This document shows positions 26,743 through 38,722 of a stretch of DNA of 64,000 nucleotides, piece after piece; the stretch's first letter is position 1, and each line of letters starts with the position of its first letter. The DNA is taken from NCBI RefSeq assembly GCF_001194135.2, contig NC_069002.1, forward strand, positions 24,672,906-24,736,905, written 5' to 3'. The DNA is from Octopus bimaculoides. Its lineage: Eukaryota. Made by a program: the position numbers and the translations under genes. Below the pieces are notes generated by a model. The model was given only the letters and a program-made list of their open reading frames with translations, made no database searches and had not been told where the DNA came from.

Positions 26743-26814
<72 letters not shown>

Positions 26815-27010
26815 NNNNNNNNNNNNNNNNNNNNNNNNNNNNNNNNNNNNNNNNNNNNNNNNNNNNNNNNNNNNNNNNNNNNNNNNNNNNNNNNNNNNNN
26901 NNNNNNNNNNNNNNNNNNNNNNNNNNNNNNNNNNNNNNNNNNNNNNNNNNNNNNNNNNNNNNNNNNNNNNNNNNNNNNNNNNNNNNNNNNNNNNNNNNNN
27001 NNNNNNNNNN

Positions 27011-27062
<52 letters not shown>

Positions 27063-27069
27063 TGTGTGT

Positions 27070-27339
27070 GAAGCTTCGTGGCCTACTGGTTACGGTGTTG
27101 CACTCACGATCGCTTGATCGTGGGTTCGATTCTTCTAACGAACGGTGCGTTGTGTCCTTGAGCAAGACACTTCATTTCAAGTTGCTCCAGTCTACCCAGC
27201 TGTAAATAGGTCACCCTGCAACACACTAGTCTTCTAATCTGGAGAGAATGCTGACCTGCTTGCTTAGTCAAGCGGGGAAGTATCATTCGAAAACTAAAGC
27301 GATGCAAAGTGCATTGTGACCGACAATAGTCTGGTTGAT

Positions 27340-27346
<7 letters not shown>
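27070..27346 (+). mobile_element. tRNA-derived SINE family D
   Basis: A-box/B-box-like head (gtggcctactggttacggtg...gggttcgattc), then body gttgtgtccttgagcaagacactt...gttgctccagtctacccagctgtaaat, ending in (TA)n. Confidence 0.8.
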
Positions 27347-27384
<38 letters not shown>

Positions 27385-28774
27385 AAAGAGACCACTAAAG
27401 TGGACTGTATATACACAAGTACTAAAATCTTTTTAGGATCTCAGAAAACTTTTTCTGAACCTTCTGATTCTTTTAATGTGCTGGTTTCCTGGTATTAAAT
27501 TGATATTAATTAATATCAAATGTTTACCCTNNNNNNNNNNNNNNNNNNNNNNNNNNNNNNNNNNNNNNNNNNNNNNNNNNNNNNNNNNNNNNNNNNNNNN
27601 NNNNNNNNNNNNNNNNNNNNNNNNNNNNNNNNNNNNNNNNNNNNNNNNNNNNNNNNNNNNNNNNNNNNNNNNNNNNNNNNNNNNNNNNNNNNNNNNNNNN
27701 NNNNNNNNNNNNNNNNNNNNNNNNNNNNNNNNNNNNNNNNNNNNNNNNNNNNNNNNNNNNNNNNNNNNNNNNNNNNNNNNNNNNNNNNNNNNNNNNNNNN
27801 NNNNNNNNNNNNNNNNNNNNNNNNNNNNNNNNNNNNNNNNNNNNNNNNNNNNNNNNNNNNNNNNNNNNNNNNNNNNNNNNNNNNNNNNNNNNNNNNNNNN
27901 NNNNNNNNNNNNNNNNNNNNNNNNNNNNNNNNNNNNNNNNNNNNNNNNNNNNNNNNNNNNNNNNNNNNNNNNNNNNNNNNNNNNNNNNNNNNNNNNNNNN
28001 NNNNNNNNNNNNNNNNNNNNNNNNNNNNNNNNNNNNNNNNNNNNNNNNNNNNNNNNNNNNNNNNNNNNNNNNNNNNNNNNNNNNNNNNNNNNNNNNNNNN
28101 NNNNNNNNNNNNNNNNNNNNNNNNNNNNNNNNNNNNNNNNNNNNNNNNNNNNNNNNNNNNNNNNNNNNNNNNNNNNNNNNNNNNNNNNNNNNNNNNNNNN
28201 NNNNNNNNNNNNNNNNNNNNNNNNNNNNNNNNNNNNNNNNNNNNNNNNNNNNNNNNNNNNNNNNNNNNNNNNNNNNNNNNNNNNNNNNNNNNNNNNNNNN
28301 NNNNNNNNNNNNNNNNNNNNNNNNNNNNNNNNNNNNNNNNNNNNNNNNNNNNNNNNNNNNNNNNNNNNNNNNNNNNNNNNNNNNNNNNNNNNNNNNNNNN
28401 NNNNNNNNNNNNNNNNNNNNNNNNNNNNNNNNNNNNNNNNNNNNNNNNNNNNNNNNNNNNNNNNNNNNNNNNNNNNNNNNNNNNNNNNNNNNNNNNNNNN
28501 NNNNNNNNNNNNNNNNNTATATATTCTTGTATATAGTGATTGAGGGAGATACAGTTAGTCAGCCAGTGACAGAAGCAAACAGAAGTGGGAGAAAGTCTAA
28601 TTTGATAAGTGTTGCGCTCAGTCGGAAATCATGCTGATATTTCTACTAACCTACGTTAGGTTTAGAGAAATCGCAATTGCTATGTGCATGGCTTTATGTC
28701 CGTAGATACAGGTACACACACATATGCACACATAAATATAAATGTTTATTTTATCTCACACATACACACACGCA

Positions 28775-28805
<31 letters not shown>

Positions 28806-29258
28806 GCATATGTAAATGAGTAGTATAAGATGTGGATCCACAGAATCGTGCGGCTATCATAGAAAGCTCCTCAACTGTCGGCGCATAATATAATCAATTA
28901 CCGAGAAGTGTAATGTAGAATATATATGTAACTGAAATTCCGAAACACTCGAGCTATAAAATTACTTCATGAGTATAGAACGCTATAAAGGCAGCGGGTA
29001 TGAGAGGTGAATATATATTTACTTAACAATGTGTGAATCCATAGAATTACAGCCATTTCGCAACCCTATTCATATAATATTAATTTTAGTATGAAAGAAA
29101 GAGTGAAAATTCTAATCTTCGACCTTATTTACGCCATGTAGTAATTCACTGTTGTTGAATTTTATTTCTTGATTTCCATCTACCATACATTCATCGATGA
29201 TTTCTGTGAAAATTTTAAATCCGCAGCTGTTTTCTTCTCCACTTACCCATCTAGATAA

Positions 29259-29478
29259 TTCTTTTCTTTTCTATTTTAAGCACAAGGCCCCAAATTTTTG
29301 GGGAGGGGGGCAGTCGATTAAATCAACCCAGTACGCAACTGGTATTTATTTAATCGACCCTTAAAAGATGAAAGGCAAAGTCGACCTCGGTGGAATTTGA
29401 ACTCAGAACGTAAAGACAAATGAAATACCGCTAAGCATTTCGCCCGGCATCCTAACGTTTTTGCCAGCTCACCGCCTT
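29259..29478 (-). mobile_element. SINE family B, full length
   Basis: The reverse complement starts aggcggtgagctggcaaaaacgttagg, has B-box-like tgagttcaaattcc, and ends gggccttgtgcttaaaatagaaaagaaaag. Confidence 0.9.
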
Positions 29479-29891
29479 ACTCATTTAGATAGTTAAGTTG
29501 GCTAAAATTTACATCTTATTTCTTATATACTTTTTATGCCATTTATCTATTTATTTGATTCATTCATTTTTACTTCCTACCTTCCGTACATTGTATATAA
29601 AAACAGGTAATTTTCTGTGTATATTTAGAGTTGAATTATTGGTATAACCATGATGTTCCGATAATCTGATGAGCTTACTTTCTTTAATTGCATTAATTTG
29701 TGAATATAAGATTGTAGTGTATAACGCCGAGCATCAAATTAATGCAAATAATTTCTACCATATTGAAAATAATATTACATGAAGTAGATTGCGAAATAGC
29801 TACCGTAATCATCGGGAAGTCACTTAGTTAATTAAATATATATCCACCTCTCATACTTCCTGATTTTATGGTTTTATATACGCACGCGCGC

Positions 29892-29927
<36 letters not shown>

Positions 29928-29950
29928 AATGAAATGAGATAACAAAGCGA

Positions 29951-30810
29951 AGGTAGCTGATATTTCTAGGACATTTATAAAGAGAAAGGTAGTCTCACAG
30001 CTGTTTTAAGGATATAAAAGATATACCATCATCAGAGACGAAATGGGAGAGTTTCAATAGGAGGAAATAGTAGAGTTCGTTATGTAAGAAGTTATTTTGG
30101 GAAGGGAGAGATACTGGAAGATAAGTATGTTATTTATTCTCTTCTCTCTATGCACTTCCCATTACCAGTATATTCACAAAATTTCATTGACACTACAGGG
30201 TCCTTTTGAATGAACAGCACATGGAATTGATATCTGCACACTATCCATTTGAAACAGCAAAATATGAACTCCTATCGGAATTTAGATACCATGGGCAAGA
30301 AGACCCTTTACCTATTCTACACAGCACGTTCCTTGGATAATGAAACAGCAACTTTAACATCCAAGATATATTTTTATTCTCATATTTTCCTCCATACTTC
30401 CAGTATCTCTCCCTTTCCAAAATAACTTCTTATATAACAAACTCTTCTATTTCCTTCTATTGAAACTCATTCTTATCGTCTCTGATGATGGGATATCTTT
30501 TATATCTCTGAAACAGCTGTAAGACTACATTTCTCTTTATAAATATCCTAGAAATATCACACTGCCTTAGCCTTATTAGCTTGGCCTTTTGGATCTCCTG
30601 GATACCAAAACTTCTCATATATATATATATCTGTGTGTGTGTGTGACCGCGTGTGTATCATTGGCGATTTCCTTTCTCTGTCTTCCCTTCTTTGGATTTT
30701 TTCTATATTTCTGAGGAAGAGCTGCACTCAAAACGTGAAATCTTTTTTTTTTTTCCTTTCCTGAGCGTCCAATAACACTGAACTTATTCCACGTCCTCAC
30801 GTTATTGTTG
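29951..30810. mobile_element. PLE-derived pLTR with inverted (head-to-head) duplication and three hammerhead cores
   Basis: Arms 29951-30129 and 30393-30567 are reverse complements (~85% by eye). Hammerhead-like cores lie at 29992-30039 (-), 30478-30525 (+) and 30707-30741 (+). Confidence 0.75.
30478..30525 (+). ncRNA. Minimal type I hammerhead ribozyme
   Basis: gtct-CTGATGA-t-gggatat ctttt atatctc-t-GAAA-cagctgt-A-agac. Stem I gtct/agac, 7-bp stem II (U.U at its base), palindromic stem III ACAGCTGT, GUA cleavage triplet. Confidence 0.7.
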
Positions 30811-31879
30811 TTGTTTTTTTTGCTTGTTCATTTTTGGATTGAGTATNNNNNNNNNNNNNNNNNNNNNNNNNNNNNNNNNNNNNNNNNNNNNNNNNNNNNN
30901 NNNNNNNNNNNNNNNNNNNNNNNNNNNNNNNNNNNNNNNNNNNNNNNNNNNNNNNNNNNNNNNNNNNNNNNNNNNNNNNNNNNNNNNNNNNNNNNNNNNN
31001 NNNNNNNNNNNNNNNNNNNNNNNNNNNNNNNNNNNNNNNNNNNNNNNNNNNNNNNNNNNNNNNNNNNNNNNNNNNNNNNNNNNNNNNNNNNNNNNNNNNN
31101 NNNNNNNNNNNNNNNNNNNNNNNNNNNNNNNNNNNNNNNNNNNNNNNNNNNNNNNNNNNNNNNNNNNNNNNNNNNNNNNNNNNNNNNNNNNNNNNNNNNN
31201 NNNNNNNNNNNNNNNNNNNNNNNNNNNNNNNNNNNNNNNNNNNNNNNNNNNNNNNNNNNNNNNNNNNNNNNNNNNNNNNNNNNNNNNNNNNNNNNNNNNN
31301 NNNNNNNNNNNNNNNNNNNNNNNNNNNNNNNNNNNNNNNNNNNNNNNNNNNNNNNNNNNNNNNNNNNNNNNNNNNNNNNNNNNNNNNNNNNNNNNNNNNN
31401 NNNNNNNNNNNNNNNNNNNNNNNNNNNNNNNNNNNNNNNNNNNNNNNNNNNNNNNNNNNNNNNNNNNNNNNNNNNNNNNNNNNNNNNNNNNNNNNNNNNN
31501 NNNNNNNNNNNNNNNNNNNNNNNNNNNNNNNNNNNNNNNNNNNNNNNNNNNNNNNNNNNNNNNNATATATATATATATGTATGTATGTATGTATGTATAT
31601 ACGCACACACAGTCATTTGTTCGTGATCATCCACACATATATGCATAACCGATTATGCTGCATAATGGAGAAAATAAACATGAAATAAATTGATATATGG
31701 TAGTGTATGACATATATGTTTCCATATATATATATATAACTATTGGAAATAATTAACTTTTATCTTCATTCTTTTCCCTGGATACATCTCTCTCCAGCTG
31801 GAGGAAGCCTTTCCTCGTCTCTCCTCAGCATCGTCACATTTGGTGCCGGCCTTTCTTACATGATTTAGCGAAGATGCTT

Positions 31880-32060
31880 CTATTTTAGGTACCTAGGTAG
31901 AATTTGAACTCAGAACGCAAATGCACAGAGTAAAGACTGCTAATCTACCATCCTGAATTGATACTTTTAGTCAATCCCAAAAGTGATGGAAGGCAGACTT
32001 GACCTCGGCAGTACTCGATCTCATTGTGCAGTGAATCAGAACAAGTACCGACATTGAATT
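31880..32060 (-). mobile_element. SINE family B, degenerate
   Basis: Contains gaatttgaactcagaacg and aaaagtgatggaaggcagacttgacctcggc, resembling family B. Rearranged and diverged. Confidence 0.55.
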
Positions 32061-32110
32061 TGTCGTTCCAAAGACTTTACCAATACACCTCTTCAACAGC
32101 AGTGAGCGTT

Positions 32111-32172
<62 letters not shown>

Positions 32173-33023
32173 TGCGCAAACATATTTCATATAGAATGAC
32201 GGTGAAAACAAGATATTTTACATCGAATCAAGTTCCAGATCTGTGAAAAATATAGCCATTTGGACTCATTAATTCGCGGTGTATATTTTATTCACTTCAT
32301 CAAGATTTGAACTCAAGCTGAACATGCTACTCTTGGCAGTTATGCCACTTCATGTCTGAGTGTCAAAGTTAATAAATATAATAATTACAAGGTGGGAATT
32401 GAAGTAATTCTAAACATAACTGAGACATCTTTGATGGCAAATAATAAATAAAACTTGAAACTGCTCCCAACGGTATTTTTAACTCTAGTTAAAAGTTAGT
32501 CACTTTCGTTTACAACCTACAGAGGATATAAAATATAGCAATAAATATATATAAGGAAGTTATATGAAGAACGGTGAAGGTTGAAATGTTACTGTTGGTT
32601 CCTTTTATTATAACAATCTTTCGACAGCGAATCAAAGTCAGTAATATGTAAGATATGGCGGCAGAAAGTTAGGTCTTAAAATTCTGATACTCATCAGTAA
32701 ACGTTTTGAAGTATTCTTATTAGAATATTCTATAAATCACTACCAGAAACCTTCATGTCTTACTAGTTAACATTTTCTGTTTCTAACTGAGTTGTAAGAC
32801 AAATAATGTCATCTAACACCTTCGAGTTTGAAATGGTAAATGCTTTGAGAAAAGTTCAACAGAGAGATGAATGATAAGAAAATGAAAATCAGGTTTGTTT
32901 GGGTTGGGGAAACAAAAGATTAGGCGATGTATAAGTAAAAGTGGCTGGTCTGCTTTTAGGCTAGGTAGTGGCTGTGTGGTAAGTAGCTTGGCATTTATGC
33001 CACTTCATGTCTGAGTGTCTGAG

Positions 33024-34530
33024 TCAGTGTTGTTTTAACACTGAATGTTGTCAAGACGTTGCTTTGCAGCGGTCTTGAAGTATGTAACTGTGAAGGTGCA
33101 GCTATAAGGTAAGACATCTGTTTGGGGGGGGGATTCTGTTAGGGGTTTGTTGTGTTTGTTGTCTATTTTGTTAAAACAAGAAACCCCTACTGAATTCCGA
33201 GCATTTGTCTGCCTGTAGTTGTGCTGTCTCACTTAATTGTGAGAATCGTGTTGTTTTGGGGGCGTATCCCGCCTCCAAAAATTGTGGAATTTAAAAAAAA
33301 ATTGTTGAAGTTTTTACCAATTTGTGGTGAATATTTGTGGAGCTGTGTTCCTGCTGCTGTGTCCCTGTTGCTGTAGGAGTACATTTGGCCAGGAGTACCG
33401 GTTGGCCGGAATTGTGTTTTGCTGTGTTCTTTGGAACTGTCTTCTTCCTTTCGTTCTCTTCTTTTCTTTCTTCGAAGTTTTTTTTACTTTTTTGTTTGAA
33501 CTTTCTGATTTCTCTCTTGAACTTTCTTTAACATGGCAAAAAAAAATCGGACCCAAACAGTGGTTAAAAGACTTGGAGGAAAAGGACGGTGGTGTTGAGG
33601 ACATATTCAAAGTCACTCGACACCATCACTGTCTTTCCGAAATTAGATATTGAGAAAGAATTGGCAGAGCATCTGCCAACTATTAAGTTTATTTCCAGGA
33701 GTGTTAAATACGCAACGGTGTGGTTGCTATTTGACACACCTGAGGTGGCTCGCAAGTTTGCGAGCCAGCACTTGGAGGGCAATAAGATTTTGTTCTTCCC
33801 TAATTGTGGGAAGAAACTAACAAGAGCTTGGGCCTGCGGGCTGCCACCTGGGAGGGAACTCGAGTGGATAGAGGATACTATCCGCCGGGGTCTGGGTGGA
33901 AGCGGACCCAAGCTATTAAATGTGAAGTTATTGCCGGCGGCTGATTGGGTTAGGTCAAAAGCGGTTTTGATCCTGTGGACCCTATCATCCACAAAAGATC
34001 TGGTGTTCCCAGATATTTTAGAGATGGCCGGAAATAGGTATCCGTTGATACTTGAGGCACGTCCACCCAAGTGTCACCTGTGCCTGGAACCGGGCCATAT
34101 TAAAAAAAACTGTCCCCAGGACCAGAGTAAGGTTCTGGAACAGTTGGTGACAAAGGAATCTACCCCTCCCCAGTCAGAGGGGTATATAGAAACGGTCAAG
34201 AAGGTGGAAACCTCCTAAAAAAAGGCCGTAAGGTGGACTACAAGGGTGGCCCACCGAAGGCTGCGAGAGGAAGGAAAGCTCTTCCAGACGAAACGGAAGA
34301 AGGACATTGCCGGCGGTTAGTGGAAATTGTGCCACCGACGGAGGAAACTGTGGCCCCTTGCGATGTGATAGAGGGGGGAATTTGTGGTCTTCTTTCACAA
34401 GGGAGGGGCTGTACAGAACTTCATTAAGAAGTTGAACACAAAAGGGCCGACGAGAAGGGGTTCTGGCCAGCATTGAGGACTCCGATTGGCCTCCTCAGGT
34501 AGCTGCGAAGGTCATATGGGAAATTGATTT
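33024..34530 (+). mobile_element. Tx1/L1-like non-LTR retrotransposon: 5' UTR and ORF1, continuing into a gap
   Basis: Begins with an Inr-like TCAGT (33024) and a ~500-bp pyrimidine-rich UTR. ATG at 33533, then a frameshift into the gag-like ORF. GC content is visibly higher than the flanks. Confidence 0.7.
33533..34218 (+). pseudogene. ORF1 (gag-like; probable RRM-like region plus CCHC zinc knuckle), frameshifted
   Basis: MAKKNRTQTVVKRLG from 33533, then frame change to VVLRTYSKSLDTITVFPK...GNRYPLILEARPPKCHLCLEPGHIKKNCP (CX2CX4HX4C). Confidence 0.75.
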
Positions 34531-34982
34531 NNNNNNNNNNNNNNNNNNNNNNNNNNNNNNNNNNNNNNNNNNNNNNNNNNNNNNNNNNNNNNNNNNNNNN
34601 NNNNNNNNNNNNNNNNNNNNNNNNNNNNNNNNNNNNNNNNNNNNNNNNNNNNNNNNNNNNNNNNNNNNNNNNNNNNNNNNNNNNNNNNNNNNNNNNNNNN
34701 NNNNNNNNNNNNNNNNNNNNNNNNNNNNNNNNNNNNNNNNNNNNNNNNNNNNNNNNNNNNNNNNNNNNNNNNNNNNNNNNNNNNNNNNNNNNNNNNNNNN
34801 NNNNNNNNNNNNNNNNNNNNNNNNNNNNNNNNNNNNNNNNNNNNNNNNNNNNNNNNNNNNNNNNNNNNNNNNNNNNNNNNNNNNNNNNNNNNNNNNNNNN
34901 NNNNNNNNNNNNNNNNNNNNNNNNNNNNNNNNNNNNNNNNNNNNNNNNNNNNNNNNNNNNNNNNNNNNNNNNNNNNNNNNNN

Positions 34983-35057
34983 GGCCGACCAAAGCCTTGT
35001 GAGTGGATTTGGTAAACGTACACTGAAAGAAACCTGTTGTATACATGTATATATATA

Positions 35058-35092
<35 letters not shown>

Positions 35093-35290
35093 TTGTCCCC
35101 CAACATCACTTGACAACCGATGCTGATGTGTTTACGTCCCCGTAACCTAGTGGTTCCGCAAAAGAGACCGATAGAATAAGTACTTGGCTTACAAAGAATA
35201 AGTCCTGGGGTCGATTTGTTTGACTAAAGGCGGTGTCCCAGCATGACCGCAGTCAAATGACTGAAACAAGTAAATGAATAAAAGAATAAT
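34983..35290 (+). mobile_element. SINE family A body and tail (its head appears to be at 32964-32990)
   Basis: ggccgaccaaagccttgtgagtggatttgg...gactaaaggcggtgtcccagcatgaccgcagtcaaatgactgaaacaagtaaa. The family A head gtagtggctgtgtggtaagtagcttg sits just upstream of the Tx1-like element. Confidence 0.88.
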
Positions 35291-35526
35291 GGCTAGACAC
35301 AGTTTTTTTTAGTTATATAATAAGTTAAAGAATAAGTGACGGATATATAGCGAATTTGTGAATAATGCTGATCTATAAATCATAGCGAATTTGTGAATAA
35401 TGGTTGTCTATAAATCAGATGCCTTTACATGAGTTTTGTTTGTTTGTTTTTTTCTTCTTTTTGGCGAGTGGGTGGCAAAAGAACGTTCTCTAGATGTTTG
35501 ATTTTGGTTATAACTGTAATACCAAA

Positions 35527-35725
35527 GGGCGGCGAGCTGGCTAAGTCGTTAACACACCGGGCAAAATGCTTAGCGGAATTTCTTCCAGTCTTTACGGTCT
35601 GAGTTCAAATTTCGTTCTTTTAGGGTAGTTAAAAATATGTACCAGTTGCACACTGGGGTCGATGTAATTTACTAACACCTTTTTCCTAAGTTCCAGGCCT
35701 TGTGTTAAGATTAAGAAGAAATAAT
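35527..35725 (+). mobile_element. SINE family B, full length, diverged
   Basis: gggcggcgagctggctaagtcgttaacacaccgggcaaaatgcttagcgg...tgagttcaaatt...accagttgcacactggggtcgat...ggccttgtg. Confidence 0.85.
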
Positions 35726-36032
35726 TGTATTTACCAGATGTCAAGCCCAAATTTGTCACCTATCACCAGAAAGGACTCAAGAATTTAAATAATACAAGAA
35801 CGTCTGAGGTAACCATCAACTGCGATAAGGTAATATATATAGATATAAGCACAATCGACGAATTTTTAATGTCATAGATTGGTAAATAATATAATTGAGT
35901 TTATAGTTTATAAAGCAAAGCTAAACAGCACTGTAAAACTCTCGAAGGTGCGTAACGAATTTATAAAGAAATCTGCAATAGATATATACTTTGGTTGTAT
36001 AGAAAAGTGGAACACAGAATTTATGTTTACAG

Positions 36033-36114
36033 AACGCAAGAGAAGTATTCTGGAATGCTGATAAATACATTAAAGTATTTCAAATTGAATTCTGAAGGAA
36101 TCAATCGATCGGAC
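36033..36114 (+). other. Candidate exon of an unidentified gene (82 nt)
   Basis: Acceptor tttatgtttacAG and donor GTAAGT. One frame is open (xTQEKYSGMLINTLKYFKLNSEGINRSD). No recognisable homology. Confidence 0.25.
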
Positions 36115-36612
36115 GTAAGTATTTCTTTTCTAGTCTAGACACAATCTACAAGTTTTGACTTGAACACTTTTACTGTTTCTTGCCAATATAATTCCATTCG
36201 CATCATAATTTAACATTTGTGTTTCGATAAAATATTTTAACGCATCGAGGTTTCAAGTAAAATTGAAAACGAAACAAAAATAAAATATGATAATAAACAA
36301 TAAGGAAGAAATCAATGTATTTTGTGACAAATGCAAATATCAACGGAAAACTTTCTGCTTGGAAACCAAAAGAAAAGAAAATCATACACCATCGATTGAA
36401 GGAAAAATAAGATATAGTAACTATTGCATCTGACGTTTCTGATATTACCATTCTTTCAGGAATATAGTATTTGATCTATGATGGTATAATTATGGAGAAT
36501 CGGTATCTAAATATATTAGTGTTTTATTTGTTACTTTTCTATACGCTTCTTTATTGCGATCCATAAGTACTTTTAGCGTATACTTTTCAAATCTTCAGAT
36601 ACTGAATATTCA

Positions 36613-36657
<45 letters not shown>

Positions 36658-38045
36658 TGTGGGTATGTATTTGTGCGTATGTGGGTATGTGTGTGTGTAT
36701 GTATGTATATATGTAGATATGTGTATACAGATTTATACATATATATATATATATATACATATTTATAGATAGATATATATACATACATAATGCATACGTA
36801 CCTACATAACACACGCACATACATACATACGCGCACACACATACACACAACCACACAAATACAGATACACACACACGCACACACATGCACACACACACAC
36901 GCACACAGATATGTGTGCGCGCGTGTTGATGTGTGTGTGTCTGTGTGTGTGTCTGTGTGTTTGTTGTAAACAAACAGTTCCTTATTCAACAGAATTCTAC
37001 AGTCAGATATGTTCAAACAGATAAAAATATGATTTCCATTATTATGATGATGAGATAAGGCGCCGCACATATCTTATATACTACGTACCGATAAATTGTT
37101 GAACAGTGTGTGCGCGCTCGTGTTTCTCTCTGTGTCTGTTTTTGTGCGTGAATGTGTCTGTGTGTGTATGTGTGTGTGTGTGTGTGTGCGTGTCTGTGTG
37201 TGGGTGTGTGTGCNNNNNNNNNNNNNNNNNNNNNNNNNNNNNNNNNNNNNNNNNNNNNNNNNNNNNNNNNNNNNNNNNNNNNNNNNNNNNNNNNNNNNNN
37301 NNNNNNNNNNNNNNNNNNNNNNNNNNNNNNNNNNNNNNNNNNNNNNNNNNNNNNNNNNNNNNNNNNNNNNNNNNNNNNNNNNNNNNNNNNNNNNNNNNNN
37401 NNNNNNNNNNNNNNNNNNNNNNNNNNNNNNNNNNNNNNNNNNNNNNNNNNNNNNNNNNNNNNNNNNNNNNNNNNNNNNNNNNNNNNNNNNNNNNNNNNNN
37501 NNNNNNNNNNNNNNNNNNNNNNNNNNNNNNNNNNNNNNNNNNNNNNNNNNNNNNNNNNNNNNNNNNNNNNNNNNNNNNNNNNNNNNNNNNNNNNNNNNNN
37601 NNNNNNNNNNNNNNNNNNNNNNNNNNNNNNNNNNNNNNNNNNNNNNNNNNNNNNNNNNNNNNNNNNNNNNNNNNNNNNNNNNNNNNNNNNNNNNNNNNNN
37701 NNNNNNNNNNNNNNNNNNNNNNNNNNNNNNNNNNNNNNNNNNNNNNNNNNNNNNNNNNNNNNNNNNNNNNNNNNNNNNNNNNNNNNNNNNNNNNNNNNNN
37801 NNNNNNNNNNNNNNNNNNNNNNNNNNNNNNNNNNNNNNNNNNNNNNNNNNNNNNNNNNNNNNNNNNNNNNNNNNNNNNNNNNNNNNNNNNNNNNNNNNNN
37901 NNNNNNNNNNNNNNNNNNNNNNNNNNNNNNNNNNNNNNNNNNNNNNNNNNNNNNNNNNNNNNNNNNNNNNNNNNNNNNNNNNNNNNNNNNNNNNNNNNNN
38001 NNNNNNNNNNNNNNNNNNNNNNNNNNNNNNNNNNNNNNNNNNNNN

Positions 38046-38080
<35 letters not shown>

Positions 38081-38722
38081 TATATACATACGTATATGTA
38101 CATACTTACATCTATACGTGTATTTATATGCATATGTAGGCACAGGATGTCACGAAACGTGTACATCAAAAAAGTACGAAGCACAATCCATGGAACATGA
38201 ACTAGTCTTTCGAACAACGAAAGAAACAAATGGAAAACAAAACAAACATAAAGAACGACCCTTCATCAGTTGTTGGCTGTTTTTCTAGTCTCGTATTTCG
38301 GACAGTTAATATGTATACACACACTCACTCACGCACATGTATACACGATGAGTTTCTTTTAGTGTCCCTCTATGAAATCCAATCACAAGGCTCTGGTCGA
38401 CCCGGTGCTAAAGTAGAAGACACTTGCCCAATGTGTTACATTTCTTCACTGTATGACTCAGCGTTTAGTAACCGGCGGAACCACGCGAGTAGGAAGCAAG
38501 CTTCTCATGTTCTTTGGCTGAAGCAGGCCAGGAATTATGAAGTGGCGCATAATGTTGATTCTTGGAATGCTTTTATTAAGATGGTGAATTCGTGTATATT
38601 CACCTGAGGAAAGTGATTTTTTTCGCATGATGAAATAACATTATTCATTATTTTTTAAAATCTCGTTTGAAACAGCTGTAAGGAATGAACCAATTCCCAT
38701 CTGCTGTTATTTACTTCTGTGT

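Noticed and set aside
16658-27150. tRNA-like sequences at 16658 and 27070 (and other SINE heads) as tRNA genes
   Set aside because: No complete cloverleaf or acceptor stem, and they continue directly into repeated SINE bodies.
38200-38275. Minus-strand CTGATGA (38263-38269) ... GAAA as a hammerhead
   Set aside because: No convincing stem II or stem I could be formed. Likely a repeat remnant only.
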